A stretch of 64,000 bases of DNA from a virus (taxonomy: Duplodnaviria > Caudoviricetes), in IMG/VR virus record IMGVR_UViG_3300037067_013058, positions 15,060 to 79,059 of that record, one strand, 5' to 3'. Of this stretch, positions 38,254 to 48,314 are shown piece after piece. Positions within the stretch are counted from its first letter, which is position 1. The number at the start of each line of letters is the position of its first letter. Made by a program: the position numbers and the translations under genes. The notes beneath the pieces were generated by a model. It saw only the letters and a program-made list of their open reading frames with translations. It did not search any database and was not told where the DNA came from.

Positions 38254-40701
38254 TTACATCTGCCCCTTATCGCTCCCCCTAAAAATTGCTTGTTTTACAA
38301 AAGAAGCCGGATTAAAAGCATAGTCCCCCCCAAAGTATTCATGCACATAATTTCCTTTATTGTCCGTCTTTCCTCCCCAACCACGAACAGAATTGATGTT
38401 TATAGTTGTATCGCAATTACTGTTCCAAACAATAGAATGCACCAAACTAACTACAGTCGCAAAATAATTCCTATATTTCCAATAAACAGGACGATTTACC
38501 ATTAAGCCAAACTTAGGGGTAGTACCTATAGACAAATTCCTCATCTCTGCATTCTGCCTACGAAGCATTAAATTAGCAAAAATTTCAGATCCTTCGTCTG
38601 TATCAATAAAACCCCAAGGATCAGTAGTTTTAACTCTAGCACCTAATGTCGGAACTAAGCCCCTCGCTGTAGCATAATTTGGTCTAATAGACTCGTTTCC
38701 CACAGTACCGGAAAGACCCGCAATAGCCTTCTTCACACTCACATACAAAGTAAAAATACCATCATCCGTTGCTGTATTACTAAAACTAATTTGTTCATAA
38801 GGCTCAATTGTTTGCTCTTTTACGTAATTTACTTTTGGAATCTGAGAAAAATCCAAGCCTTGAAACCCAGTAATCATCTCTTGAAAACCCATTTGCATAT
38901 TCGTCAAGGTCTGCACATCAGTGTCAGAGTATTTACCTGTATAAATTGTGTCAAAATCCTCCTGATACTTATAAATACTATCCGCTGGATCATATTTACC
39001 AGAAGCATCTGTACTTGGTCCAAACTGATCAGGGTCATAATCATAAAAAGCCAACTCAAAAACCAAATCCCCCTTTGGTGTAGCATAAAACCTATAAAAA
39101 TCAGTACAAGCCGCCAACTCGTAAAGAAGGGTCAAACGATCCAAATACACAGCACGGGCAACAATTGAATTCGTTGAAAGGCTTTTATCAATTACATTTG
39201 TTCCCAAACCCTTTGCCAATTGGGCCTGTGTCAAAAAGTACACCCTCCCCCCACCAACAGGATAACTCTCAATGTTTTCCCCAATTATAGAAATAATGTC
39301 TTTCATATTTTCAGAATACGAAGTAGGGCTTTCATCCTTATGCATTGTATATAAATCTTTGGGTGTAATTCTATGACTAATCAAATCATTCCACTGTTTT
39401 AAATCCGTTAGTTTTGTTCCTATTTCTGGAGCACCTTCCATAGACTCCCCAATATAATACGCCGTCACACCCACAGAACCATTATTTCTTTTGAATCTGA
39501 CACCACGCGGACTTGCAATTGCCCCTAAATCACGGCCCTGCGTTAAAGTACCCTTAACTATCTCAACTTCCCTGTTCACCATAAACTCAACTAAGAAATT
39601 ACGATCACTTTTCCAAGAAACAACATCACCTTGATCTGAACCTATTGTACTGCTTCCTAAACCATTCGTCCATTCAGTAATCGCATTTTTATACGTTAGT
39701 GAGGAAACCATTTGTGTAGAAATATAATTCATTATATCATCATTAGACATTTGAGCAATTTGATCCATCTTGGACTGCTTCACAAAGCCTAACAAAGAAT
39801 CTGAACCAAAAAACAAGACCTCCAAAACTTCAAACACAGTCATTCCTGCAAAATACTCTTGGTACAAATTCAAACCGGTTGAAGAAGTATTTGCAATCGT
39901 TTTCAACTTCTCTGTAACATTAACATCCAAAATACCTGTATCAACATTGACAATCGCATGTCTAGCTATCTTTGTAATATCCGTACACGTAATTAAAACA
40001 GTGCTTTCCTTATTTGTCCCTTTATTCTCCGTAAAAGAATCCATAAAACCAGTAAACATCCAATACCAAACCCTGGGGTCGTAAGGATCTCTAAAAGCTA
40101 CACGAACAGGATCATTCGGATGGAAAATACAGTCCCCCTCTTGCACAGGGTAATCAAACAAGACCTCTTTTTTATAATGAATTACTTCAGAATCTTTAAC
40201 CTCAGTCGCATCCTGGCTCCAAGTCATTTTCTTGCTAAGTACTTTTAATTTTACATCCATAGGCACATAGGAAGAGGACCACTCAAGACCTAACGCACCC
40301 TTTTCTTCCAGCTCACTCGTAACAGAAGCGGCTGAAGGTGCCTCCTCCTGGGCTGCATCAGAAGAGGCTTCCCCGGAAATATAAATACCCATTTGCTCAA
40401 TATCTGCATCTGAATACAAAGGAACTGAATACGAGCTATCATACTGTCCCTTAAAAGAGGCCCTAGAAGAACCAATTACTTTCATATCATCTCGGGTAAT
40501 GATGTACTTATCATAAGGATTCACCAAAGTAAAGGCGCAAGAACCTGGCATCCTTTCCAAAGAACCGCCAGAATGCGTTATACGAACGTCCATAACATCC
40601 TGGGTTACCTCATTTCCAAAAATGAAAACACGATAAGCCGGAAAAGCCGACCTATACACACCATCAGCAGAAGTAAACTCTTCTTTCCAAGGATCGCTCA
40701 T
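38254..40701 (-). CDS. Baseplate hub / tail protein
   Basis: 815 aa between tape-measure region and spike; FYATPKGDLVFE and late hub-like motifs. Confidence 0.55.
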   Translation of the reverse strand: MSDPWKEEFTSADGVYRSAFPAYRVFIFGNEVTQDVMDVRITHSGGSLERMPGSCAFTLVNPYDKYIITRDDMKVIGSSRASFKGQYDSSYSVPLYSDADIEQMGIYISGEASSDAAQEEAPSAASVTSELEEKGALGLEWSSSYVPMDVKLKVLSKKMTWSQDATEVKDSEVIHYKKEVLFDYPVQEGDCIFHPNDPVRVAFRDPYDPRVWYWMFTGFMDSFTENKGTNKESTVLITCTDITKIARHAIVNVDTGILDVNVTEKLKTIANTSSTGLNLYQEYFAGMTVFEVLEVLFFGSDSLLGFVKQSKMDQIAQMSNDDIMNYISTQMVSSLTYKNAITEWTNGLGSSTIGSDQGDVVSWKSDRNFLVEFMVNREVEIVKGTLTQGRDLGAIASPRGVRFKRNNGSVGVTAYYIGESMEGAPEIGTKLTDLKQWNDLISHRITPKDLYTMHKDESPTSYSENMKDIISIIGENIESYPVGGGRVYFLTQAQLAKGLGTNVIDKSLSTNSIVARAVYLDRLTLLYELAACTDFYRFYATPKGDLVFELAFYDYDPDQFGPSTDASGKYDPADSIYKYQEDFDTIYTGKYSDTDVQTLTNMQMGFQEMITGFQGLDFSQIPKVNYVKEQTIEPYEQISFSNTATDDGIFTLYVSVKKAIAGLSGTVGNESIRPNYATARGLVPTLGARVKTTDPWGFIDTDEGSEIFANLMLRRQNAEMRNLSIGTTPKFGLMVNRPVYWKYRNYFATVVSLVHSIVWNSNCDTTININSVRGWGGKTDNKGNYVHEYFGGDYAFNPASFVKQAIFRGSDKGQM

Positions 40702-41492
40702 GGCGCAGTCCCCACATCATTCAAGAAAGTTTGACTCAAATTCTTTATCACCGAACTAAAAATCATATCTTGCGTTGGGTTAGAATCAAGTGCTGTAAAA
40801 CTAAAAGACCACCTCTTATTAAAGGGCTCATCCGCAGAATCAGAAAACTCTAGAACTTGATCAAAATGCCCAATGAAAGTAACAAATGAGTTGCCAAACA
40901 AGGGACTAGCATAAGAAATAAAAGTCATAACAGGATATCCATTTGTTGGATCAATAACAGGCTCCCTTGTCAAAGAGTATAAATTCCAAAAAGCTGCAAG
41001 ACGAACAACCCCCGCAGTATTTTTTGTCATACCTGCTGGCTGTAAAGTAACATCTGTTTCATATAGCCTGGAATCTTCCGAAAACTGCTTATCCAACCAA
41101 TCCGAAAATTGATTCACGCCACCTGCAACTTTATCCATAAAACCTGTTTTGAAAGCGCCCCCACGACGAACATTGATATTCCCGGTCATTCCTTGAAAAG
41201 ACATTTTCAAAATATCATTATTTCTTCCAACAGTATTTGTCCAATGAAAAAATGTAGCCCCCTCTTGTGTGTCTTTTCTTGTAATACGTTTTGACTGACT
41301 GAATGAAATATTTGTTGGATTCATCAACATTGACAAACCCTTCTGACCAGACTTCATTCTCATCGTATTTGTAATATAAAAAGGAACACGAAGAGTCCTA
41401 TCCTCATATGGACTCATTGCACGCATCATCGCTTCCGCAAAATTGGGAATTGATGAAGACTTATTCATATAGTCTTTATAGTTTACAGTCAA
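40698..41492 (-). CDS. Putative tail-tube initiator / baseplate core protein
   Basis: MLMNPTNISFSQSKRITRKDT..G...HW...MSFQG pattern; follows the tape measure. Confidence 0.5.
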   Translation of the reverse strand: MTVNYKDYMNKSSSIPNFAEAMMRAMSPYEDRTLRVPFYITNTMRMKSGQKGLSMLMNPTNISFSQSKRITRKDTQEGATFFHWTNTVGRNNDILKMSFQGMTGNINVRRGGAFKTGFMDKVAGGVNQFSDWLDKQFSEDSRLYETDVTLQPAGMTKNTAGVVRLAAFWNLYSLTREPVIDPTNGYPVMTFISYASPLFGNSFVTFIGHFDQVLEFSDSADEPFNKRWSFSFTALDSNPTQDMIFSSVIKNLSQTFLNDVGTAP

Positions 41493-41546
41493 AAATCACC
41501 TTCCTCGCCTTTTGTCTTTATACACAACAATACCCATACGTTAGGA

Positions 41547-44270
41547 TCAACCATTTTCCCCAATCATATTTGATTCTAAACCCGCACCCGCCAACTGCTT
41601 AAACCAGTCCTCCGGATTCTCTCTCTGCTCAAAATTTTTCTGTGAGGCAGCGGGGCGCTCCTCTTTCCTCCCGGGCTTCAATACCTCAAAGTGCAAGTGT
41701 GGAGAGGTGGGTTTTGAAGTTCCGGTACTAGTACCAACGGAGCCAAGCAAATCCCCCGCAGAAATCTCCTCACCCTCACGAACATTAGCCTCTTTCATGT
41801 GCCCGTACCACGTAGTAACCCCACCGTACTGTCCAGGGTGCTCAATTGTAATATTCTTCCCAATACCTTTACCCTCACCAACATGGGTAACTATACCTGG
41901 AGCTGGCGCATAAATAGGGGAGCCTTCTGGAGCATTAATGTCTACTCCTGTGTGTGCGCGTCCTTCTTTAGCGCCTGGACGCAAAGACTGTTTTCGGAAC
42001 CTTCCCCCAATTTCACCCCCCTCAACCATATTCACCGGACCAAATGGATTTATATTTTCTACAGAATTGCCATACTTCAAACCACATTTAGGACAATTGC
42101 CCACCAATTCTAACATTATGTTTCCCTGTTCATCTACACCCTGACTACTAAGAGATAAAGATCCTCCTACCCAATTATACTCACTCGCTTCTTCCTCCAC
42201 CTGAGAAATATCTTCTGGAGACATTAAACCATATTTTTTTCTCTCCCCCACCGATCCTCCACCTTTTTCAATGATAACCGGAATAGTTCTAATTCTCTCT
42301 TCCCCAGATCCAGTACCCCGCAAAGAAGCTTTCCCCGCTGTAGCTGCTTCAGTATCAGAAGTATCCCCCCCCAGATCAATTGCCTGCTTCAAAGCTTTAA
42401 ATGATGGACCCAACAAATCTTCCGTCATATTTTCCAACCCAGAAGAGAATTTACCCCAACCAGACGCCAACTTATCAGTATTCTCCTTTGCAGATTTAGA
42501 AATAGCTTTATATGCTGCCTCAATTTTCTTGTCGTGCTCCGCTGCTTCTCCCCCCATAGCAGGTTTTTTACCCGTAGCAACCCACGTCACAAGTTGGGGA
42601 ATAGACAAATCATTGAATCTCCAATACAAGGCCTGGAACGTAACAATTAAATAAGAACCAACATTGAGAATCAAACCCATAATAGCTTGACCCATCTCGC
42701 TAACGCCTTTTAAAACTTTATTCAACTCAAGCTGGAATTTAGAAATCTTTTTCTTCTCTGTCATATAAGAATCCTTAAAAGCATCCGCAGACTCTTTCAT
42801 AACCTTTCTAGCTTCTATCTTCTGCCCACTATCAATAAGCTTTTTTATAGCTAACGCACTAGAAGCACCCTGCTCATTCATACCCATACCAGAATTTTTC
42901 ATAATCCATTTAGCAGAATCTTCATCATTATTTGCCTGTCTCATAGACATTGTGGCCTGTATATAAGCCACCTGCATCAATTCATCTAAATCTCCACCAC
43001 TTTCCTTTTTTCTTTTTATTCTGTCTATTGCATTTTCAAACCGTTGAGCAGCAGCAGCCCCCATTTCTGGTGCCAACCCCATTTGCACGCCCATATATGA
43101 CATCATCTCTTGTGACATACTGGCAATAGATCCTGCAATATTTTGCAACCCTTCTGCTGCAAATTTACCTGCAAACTGCTTTGGTAAACCTAATTTTTCA
43201 AACCCTTCCTGCAACTTAACCGAAAGAGCAACAACATCATCAATATCAAAACCAAATTTCTTTAATGTATTACCAGCAGTTTCAATATTCTTCAAAAACT
43301 GCATCGTCCCAATTCCAGATTCTTTTCCTGCCATCATCATCTTGTACAAAGAATCCTTGGCCTCATCCAAGCCCTTTCCATAATCAGCCATTATGCCAAC
43401 CATACGTTGGGCACTTGTTCCTCCAGCTAAATCAAACATTTTATCTAAAGCCAGCCCAAACGTCATATAATTATCACGAACACCTTTGATGCCTGCATCC
43501 AAAGGCTTTAGCATTTCCTCAACCCCGATACCATTTCGCACAAACCCAGCAGCCGCAGCTTGAGTTTCCTCCTTTGCAACCCCATAAAATTTCTGCAATT
43601 TTTCTTGCAATTGTGAAACTTGTGCTGTTCCTCTTGCTACCGCACCCTTAACCCCCGAGTCAACGGCCTCTACAAGCACGTTGGTGACCTCTCCAGCCTC
43701 CTTACGCATCCTGTCCTGTTCCATGTACCCAAACCCAATTATACCCAACAGCGTGGCTCCTACGTTGCCAGGAGAGGGTATGTAGGTTTTGTGCATAAAT
43801 CCCGAGAAAACCTTCTTAATTCCCGCCCACTCTTTTGCTAACAGAGAACTAGGCCTTTTCCGGGCCTCAGAAGTAATGCCCGTAATGTTTCCCTTTTTAT
43901 CTTGCTGAAAACGAAGTATAAAATCTTTTGGATCACCCTTGAAAATCTCCTGAAATTTACTCAAATCATTAATATCAACAGTTATTTTACCTAATCGCCC
44001 CATCGCTTTAGAAGAATTAATAAAAAACTCAGCATGTAGTTTTTCTGCACTAGCTTGATTTTCAACCCCCTGCTGAATACGGGAAACAGAGGACAAAGAT
44101 TTCAACAACTCAGTTGACAAAGTGTCTAATAAGGGCTGAAAACCCTCTTTCAAAGCCTTCAGTGTTCCAGCAAACAGGTCAGTATTCTTCACAGACAGAG
44201 TTTGAAGAGTTTTCCCCAAATCTGTAAAATTATACCGGATTTGCTCAAGTTGTTGAATATCAACAATCAT
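41547..44270 (-). CDS. Tape-measure-like protein A with C-terminal M23 metallopeptidase
   Basis: Long helical A/G/K-rich body; C-terminal HTGVD (HxxxD), YGHM and HLHFEV (HxH) M23 motifs. Confidence 0.78.
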   Translation of the reverse strand: MIVDIQQLEQIRYNFTDLGKTLQTLSVKNTDLFAGTLKALKEGFQPLLDTLSTELLKSLSSVSRIQQGVENQASAEKLHAEFFINSSKAMGRLGKITVDINDLSKFQEIFKGDPKDFILRFQQDKKGNITGITSEARKRPSSLLAKEWAGIKKVFSGFMHKTYIPSPGNVGATLLGIIGFGYMEQDRMRKEAGEVTNVLVEAVDSGVKGAVARGTAQVSQLQEKLQKFYGVAKEETQAAAAGFVRNGIGVEEMLKPLDAGIKGVRDNYMTFGLALDKMFDLAGGTSAQRMVGIMADYGKGLDEAKDSLYKMMMAGKESGIGTMQFLKNIETAGNTLKKFGFDIDDVVALSVKLQEGFEKLGLPKQFAGKFAAEGLQNIAGSIASMSQEMMSYMGVQMGLAPEMGAAAAQRFENAIDRIKRKKESGGDLDELMQVAYIQATMSMRQANNDEDSAKWIMKNSGMGMNEQGASSALAIKKLIDSGQKIEARKVMKESADAFKDSYMTEKKKISKFQLELNKVLKGVSEMGQAIMGLILNVGSYLIVTFQALYWRFNDLSIPQLVTWVATGKKPAMGGEAAEHDKKIEAAYKAISKSAKENTDKLASGWGKFSSGLENMTEDLLGPSFKALKQAIDLGGDTSDTEAATAGKASLRGTGSGEERIRTIPVIIEKGGGSVGERKKYGLMSPEDISQVEEEASEYNWVGGSLSLSSQGVDEQGNIMLELVGNCPKCGLKYGNSVENINPFGPVNMVEGGEIGGRFRKQSLRPGAKEGRAHTGVDINAPEGSPIYAPAPGIVTHVGEGKGIGKNITIEHPGQYGGVTTWYGHMKEANVREGEEISAGDLLGSVGTSTGTSKPTSPHLHFEVLKPGRKEERPAASQKNFEQRENPEDWFKQLAGAGLESNMIGENG

Positions 44271-46588
44271 CTCGGATTTGCCTTCTTACCCTCCATAATT
44301 AACCTGCTACCTTCTTGAACCTCTCCCGGAACAAAAAACTCCCTTCGCATTCCAGCTTGTTCTCTTGCCCGATTCCGGCTCAACTGCTCAACCGCCCTAT
44401 CCCCTTTAGCCTTGTCCCCCCCAACCATCTTTCTAGTAATATAAGCTTCCATGTTTAATCGAGAATTCTCAAACAAATTGTGCATTTGTGCTTTCATATT
44501 CTCTGAATATGGCCCATACATAAATAACTTTTCAAACCCATCCTGAACATCTTTCTGAATTGTGTATATCCACTGCGCTTGTGTTTTTTGATCATTCATT
44601 AAATCCTTAACATCTTGAGTTAAAACTTCCAAATCTTTACCCATTCCGCTTTTAACTAGATCAACAACAGGCCCCAAACTTTTAGCCATATCACCAAAAA
44701 TAGCAGATAATGCCGTCCCCGCTTGTTGGCCACCAGTAACAAGATCTTTTGCACCAGACTCTAAAGATAGTGCTTGCGCCCAAAATGCATCATCAAATTT
44801 CTTACTCGCTGACTGTCTCTCCTCAGAACTCATTAACATACGGGAGGGCAAAGAAGTAAGCCAATAAAACCCGGTAATAAGTGTTCCTGCAATAGCGGAC
44901 AAAATCTTCATCAAGCCATTACCTATAGTGCCCAAACCCTGCATTAAATTATATTGCTCTTTCTGAAGCAATGTAAGCTGCTGAGATTCTGTCATAAAAG
45001 AATCTTTCAAAGCCTTCATTTGACCGACCACGGTAGCCTCATCCGCAGCTTCCTTACTATCAATCTTTCCGGAAACGACTATATCCCACGCTGCGGAGGC
45101 AGATTGAGTATCCGCATAATATCCGGCCGCTTTCAGATACTCTATTCCCATAGTTTTATTGCCACGGGTTGCCTCTGAAGCAAGTTTTATCTTTGCCTTA
45201 GTCACATCCTTGAAAAAACCTAAATCCTCCCCCTTTGCCATACGTTCTGCGCCCATTTCTATTTTTTGCATCGCTTTCATACGGTCCATATCCGGAAACA
45301 TTTCTGCTGCCAAGCGCATAAGACCACCACCACTAGAAGAAATACCCGTCATACCTTGAAGAGATGATGCAGCCTTTTGTCCCGCAGCTTGATCAGTTAG
45401 GCCCATTTCCTTATAATAACCCTTCAATTGAAGCATAACATCTTTGATATCTTCCATTTCAACGCCATATTGAGACAAAGCCTGTGAACCAGCCATTACA
45501 GAACCTATGAATTTCTCAACCCCCATTCCACTTCTTTGTGCAGCAAAAGCAAGATCCATATATTTTTGGGAAGCATTTTCAAGAGACTCGCCATAATCGG
45601 AAACCAATTTATTCACGTTTGTAGCAGATGTCCCAGTTGCCATATTGTACATCTTGTCAATGCCTAAAGTTGTCGTCATAACGTTCGTTCCAACTTCGTC
45701 CAAACTATTTTTAAACTGCCCTAGATTCGTTGTAACTTTGTACCCTGCATCAATCATTTGTTTCGTAACAGCCTGTGTTTCCTGCCTACCAATCCCGTAA
45801 AGTTTTTGTGCTTTTTCCTGGAATTTTGACATCCACTCAATAGCTTTTTCCTGGCCCTTACCATGAACCCCTGCGGTACCTGCTTCAAAGACATTGAGCA
45901 TTTCCCCGGCTTCAGCGCCCTTACGATATTCTTCCTGCTTTCCCAAAAGGATAAAACCAAGACCCATTGCTATAATTCCGCCACCCGACAACAACCCCCC
46001 TGTCAAACTAGAAAAAATACCACCAGCCTTAGCTTTTGCCTGCTTTGCCTCTTTCTCAACAAGTTTCCACATCCCAGCCATAGCTTCTTCAAAATCTTTT
46101 TTTAAACCCTCAATAGTCTTAGCTAATTTTGTAGTTTTTTCTGTGGCCTCATCAATCTTTTTATTCATGTCCTCCGTAGCTTTATCTGTACCAGAACCAG
46201 CGGGATTTATATCCGCAGTTTTATCAGCGGCAGACTCTGGGCCTGCCCCCAAAGCACCAGCCAGTTTGGACATATCTGTATTACTAATATCCTTCAACTT
46301 TTGAGAAATCTCGGCAGACTTTTTCTGGTAGTCCTCCAAATAACCAGAAGTTGACTGCAAATGCCTCTCAAACGATTGAAAACCACTCTCAGAAACCATA
46401 CCAAGATTAGTAAATGTCTGAAAAAGTTCACTAGCTTGGTCCTGAATACCCTTTAAATCATTTGAAACTTGGGAAGCAAGTTTATGAATCGTTTCCCCAA
46501 AATCAGTAAAAGACTTGTTCAGAATTGAAAACTGTGACGTAAATGACGTGAAATCAAACGAAAGAAGATATTCTTGCGGGGTCGGCAT
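44267..46588 (-). CDS. Tape-measure-like protein B (paralog of A, no peptidase)
   Basis: Directly after the chaperones; shares EAGE..NV, QEK.QK.YG...ETQA, DKM...A.GTSA, DYG..L and A.KDS.MTE motifs with A. Confidence 0.72.
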   Translation of the reverse strand: MPTPQEYLLSFDFTSFTSQFSILNKSFTDFGETIHKLASQVSNDLKGIQDQASELFQTFTNLGMVSESGFQSFERHLQSTSGYLEDYQKKSAEISQKLKDISNTDMSKLAGALGAGPESAADKTADINPAGSGTDKATEDMNKKIDEATEKTTKLAKTIEGLKKDFEEAMAGMWKLVEKEAKQAKAKAGGIFSSLTGGLLSGGGIIAMGLGFILLGKQEEYRKGAEAGEMLNVFEAGTAGVHGKGQEKAIEWMSKFQEKAQKLYGIGRQETQAVTKQMIDAGYKVTTNLGQFKNSLDEVGTNVMTTTLGIDKMYNMATGTSATNVNKLVSDYGESLENASQKYMDLAFAAQRSGMGVEKFIGSVMAGSQALSQYGVEMEDIKDVMLQLKGYYKEMGLTDQAAGQKAASSLQGMTGISSSGGGLMRLAAEMFPDMDRMKAMQKIEMGAERMAKGEDLGFFKDVTKAKIKLASEATRGNKTMGIEYLKAAGYYADTQSASAAWDIVVSGKIDSKEAADEATVVGQMKALKDSFMTESQQLTLLQKEQYNLMQGLGTIGNGLMKILSAIAGTLITGFYWLTSLPSRMLMSSEERQSASKKFDDAFWAQALSLESGAKDLVTGGQQAGTALSAIFGDMAKSLGPVVDLVKSGMGKDLEVLTQDVKDLMNDQKTQAQWIYTIQKDVQDGFEKLFMYGPYSENMKAQMHNLFENSRLNMEAYITRKMVGGDKAKGDRAVEQLSRNRAREQAGMRREFFVPGEVQEGSRLIMEGKKANPR

Positions 46589-46598
46589 CTTACTTTAC

Positions 46599-47387
46599 CT
46601 ATTCGGAACTGACTGTAACGCGCCTCTTGGATTTCGATACAGGCTTTTCATCAACGGCCTCTGCTTTAATCGAAACTCTCATTGAAGCTTCCTTCTTTTC
46701 TTCCTTGACTTTGGCCTCACTTTCCAAAGGCTTTACAATATTTTCATTTATCCATTGCGTTTCTGGTGATGATCTAACAGCATATTTCTGCAACTCCACC
46801 GGATCATCCAGAAATACTATATCTTCCTCTAGGAACTTCTCCAGCTCCTCTTCATCCATCATCTCAGTTTTACCAGAAGATGCTTCAGTTTCTAGATCTT
46901 TTGCTGCCTCTTCTTGTTGTCGTAACTCATCATTACGTTGTACAAAAGCCTCAACAAACCCCTCACGCGACGTCATTACTGCCAAAGGAACATACTCATT
47001 CTCGCCCGGCCTTTTTAGAAGATGCGTCTCCGGATCTTCCATTGGCATCAAATTCAAGCCCAAAAGATTTATCAACTCCTTACGGAAAGCTTTGAATAAT
47101 GTTCCAACTTCTTCTACTCGCCGTTCTTCCTTCATCCTCAAAACTTCGTACTCGAACATCCACTTCGTTTCATTCATATTTTTAACAATAGGATCTGAAA
47201 TTAATACCCTCTTGGATTCAAGTACCCGCGCCTTAACAATAACGTCAGAAACTACTCTGCGCCAATAGGGGAAGGCTCGGTCGTACTCTCTTCCAATGTC
47301 TCCTTTTCCGAACTCTCCCCCGAGGATTTTTTTAGCGTTGCAATTGCCTCCGTCCTTCGGGCCTCTAGCGTCTGATACTTCTCCCAA
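46599..47387 (-). CDS. Tail assembly chaperone, -1 frame extension (gpGT-like)
   Basis: Lies in the -1 frame relative to the upstream chaperone and overlaps it across an A AAA AAA heptamer; sits between tube and tape measure. Confidence 0.7.
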   Translation of the reverse strand: MGEVSDARGPKDGGNCNAKKILGGEFGKGDIGREYDRAFPYWRRVVSDVIVKARVLESKRVLISDPIVKNMNETKWMFEYEVLRMKEERRVEEVGTLFKAFRKELINLLGLNLMPMEDPETHLLKRPGENEYVPLAVMTSREGFVEAFVQRNDELRQQEEAAKDLETEASSGKTEMMDEEELEKFLEEDIVFLDDPVELQKYAVRSSPETQWINENIVKPLESEAKVKEEKKEASMRVSIKAEAVDEKPVSKSKRRVTVSSE

Positions 47388-47785
47388 AGCTCTGCAATAC
47401 CCTCTGGATAACGATCAGCAAGGAACTTCATCAAATGTTCCGCGCAAAAATACTTGCGGGAATAAGTATTCATGCTTTCCAACTCATTTCTCTTATCTTC
47501 AGAAAGCATTTTCCATTCTTCATCAAAATATTCGTAGATAGAAATATCATCAATCTTTCGAATACCAATAGAAAGTGTTGGAAGACGGAAAGAAGCAACG
47601 GCCGAAAGCTGATTACTCATAACCACATGGGCCATACGCCAATTGGACTCTTCCTCATTCAGAAGAGAAAAAGTCCAGTTGTGGCCAAGAACACTAAACG
47701 TATCGGTAATGTTCCCGGTAACATCCAGTTCTTTCCCGATGTCCTCAAGCAACTGTTTAACTTTTTTGGGATTTGTAGTAGACAT
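47252..47785 (-). CDS. Tail assembly chaperone (gpG-like)
   Basis: Immediately downstream of the tube gene; contains the slippery site near its 3' end. Confidence 0.72.
   Translation of the reverse strand: MSTTNPKKVKQLLEDIGKELDVTGNITDTFSVLGHNWTFSLLNEEESNWRMAHVVMSNQLSAVASFRLPTLSIGIRKIDDISIYEYFDEEWKMLSEDKRNELESMNTYSRKYFCAEHLMKFLADRYPEGIAELWEKYQTLEARRTEAIATLKKSSGESSEKETLEESTTEPSPIGAE
47327..47333 (-). other. Programmed -1 ribosomal frameshift heptamer A_AAA_AAA
   Basis: Minus strand CTA AAA AAA TCC (Leu-Lys-Lys-Ser); a -1 slip gives AAA ATC CTC GGG..., the open frame of 46599..47387. Confidence 0.72.
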
Positions 47786-47806
47786 TGTAGCTTTCGCTCA
47801 CTTTCT

Positions 47807-47820
47807 CTCGCCGAAGCGAG
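47807..47820 (-). other. C(UUCG)G tetraloop hairpin between tube and chaperone genes
   Basis: CTCGC-TTCG-GCGAG on the transcribed strand, preceded by GGTTA-GTTTT-TAACC; no U-tract, so a stabiliser or processing site rather than a clear terminator. Confidence 0.45.
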
Positions 47821-47847
47821 GTTAAAAACTAACCCAACCTGCAACTA

Positions 47848-48297
47848 TTACAGGAAGGCTCTTACACGCTCATACATCAAAGAAGCAGAAACAGAAACAA
47901 TCCTGTCCCCGTTAGCAGTTAAATTACGACCTAGATTAGTAAACCAACAACCGGTATAAACAAGAAGTTCCGTTGATCCATCGGGATTTGACCACTTCTC
48001 AGAAATCTCAAGAGGGTTGGATTGGTCAGTTAGCATCTGAATGCTGAATGAACTCCCCCAAGCCTGCTCCATCTTCTTTTTATATAGGTCATACCGATCT
48101 ACACGAATAGTAAGATTTGACAGATTCCCAGGAACGTTTTCAAATACTTCCCCGGTAGTTGCTGAATTCAACTCATATGTGTGAACAACGCCCCTATTCT
48201 GAGACGGTGCCCAGGTCTGAATCTGCCCAATAGTAACCCCGTTCGCACGGATAGCCACCGCATGGGAAGTTCTAACTGTAGTCTTTGGAATTGCCAT
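47848..48297 (-). CDS. Tail tube protein
   Basis: 149 aa directly downstream of the sheath; IGQIQTW...RVDRYDLY...YTGCWFT..G...SASLMYE tube-like pattern. Confidence 0.8.
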   Translation of the reverse strand: MAIPKTTVRTSHAVAIRANGVTIGQIQTWAPSQNRGVVHTYELNSATTGEVFENVPGNLSNLTIRVDRYDLYKKKMEQAWGSSFSIQMLTDQSNPLEISEKWSNPDGSTELLVYTGCWFTNLGRNLTANGDRIVSVSASLMYERVRAFL

Positions 48298-48314
48298 ATT
48301 TATACTCCTCTATC

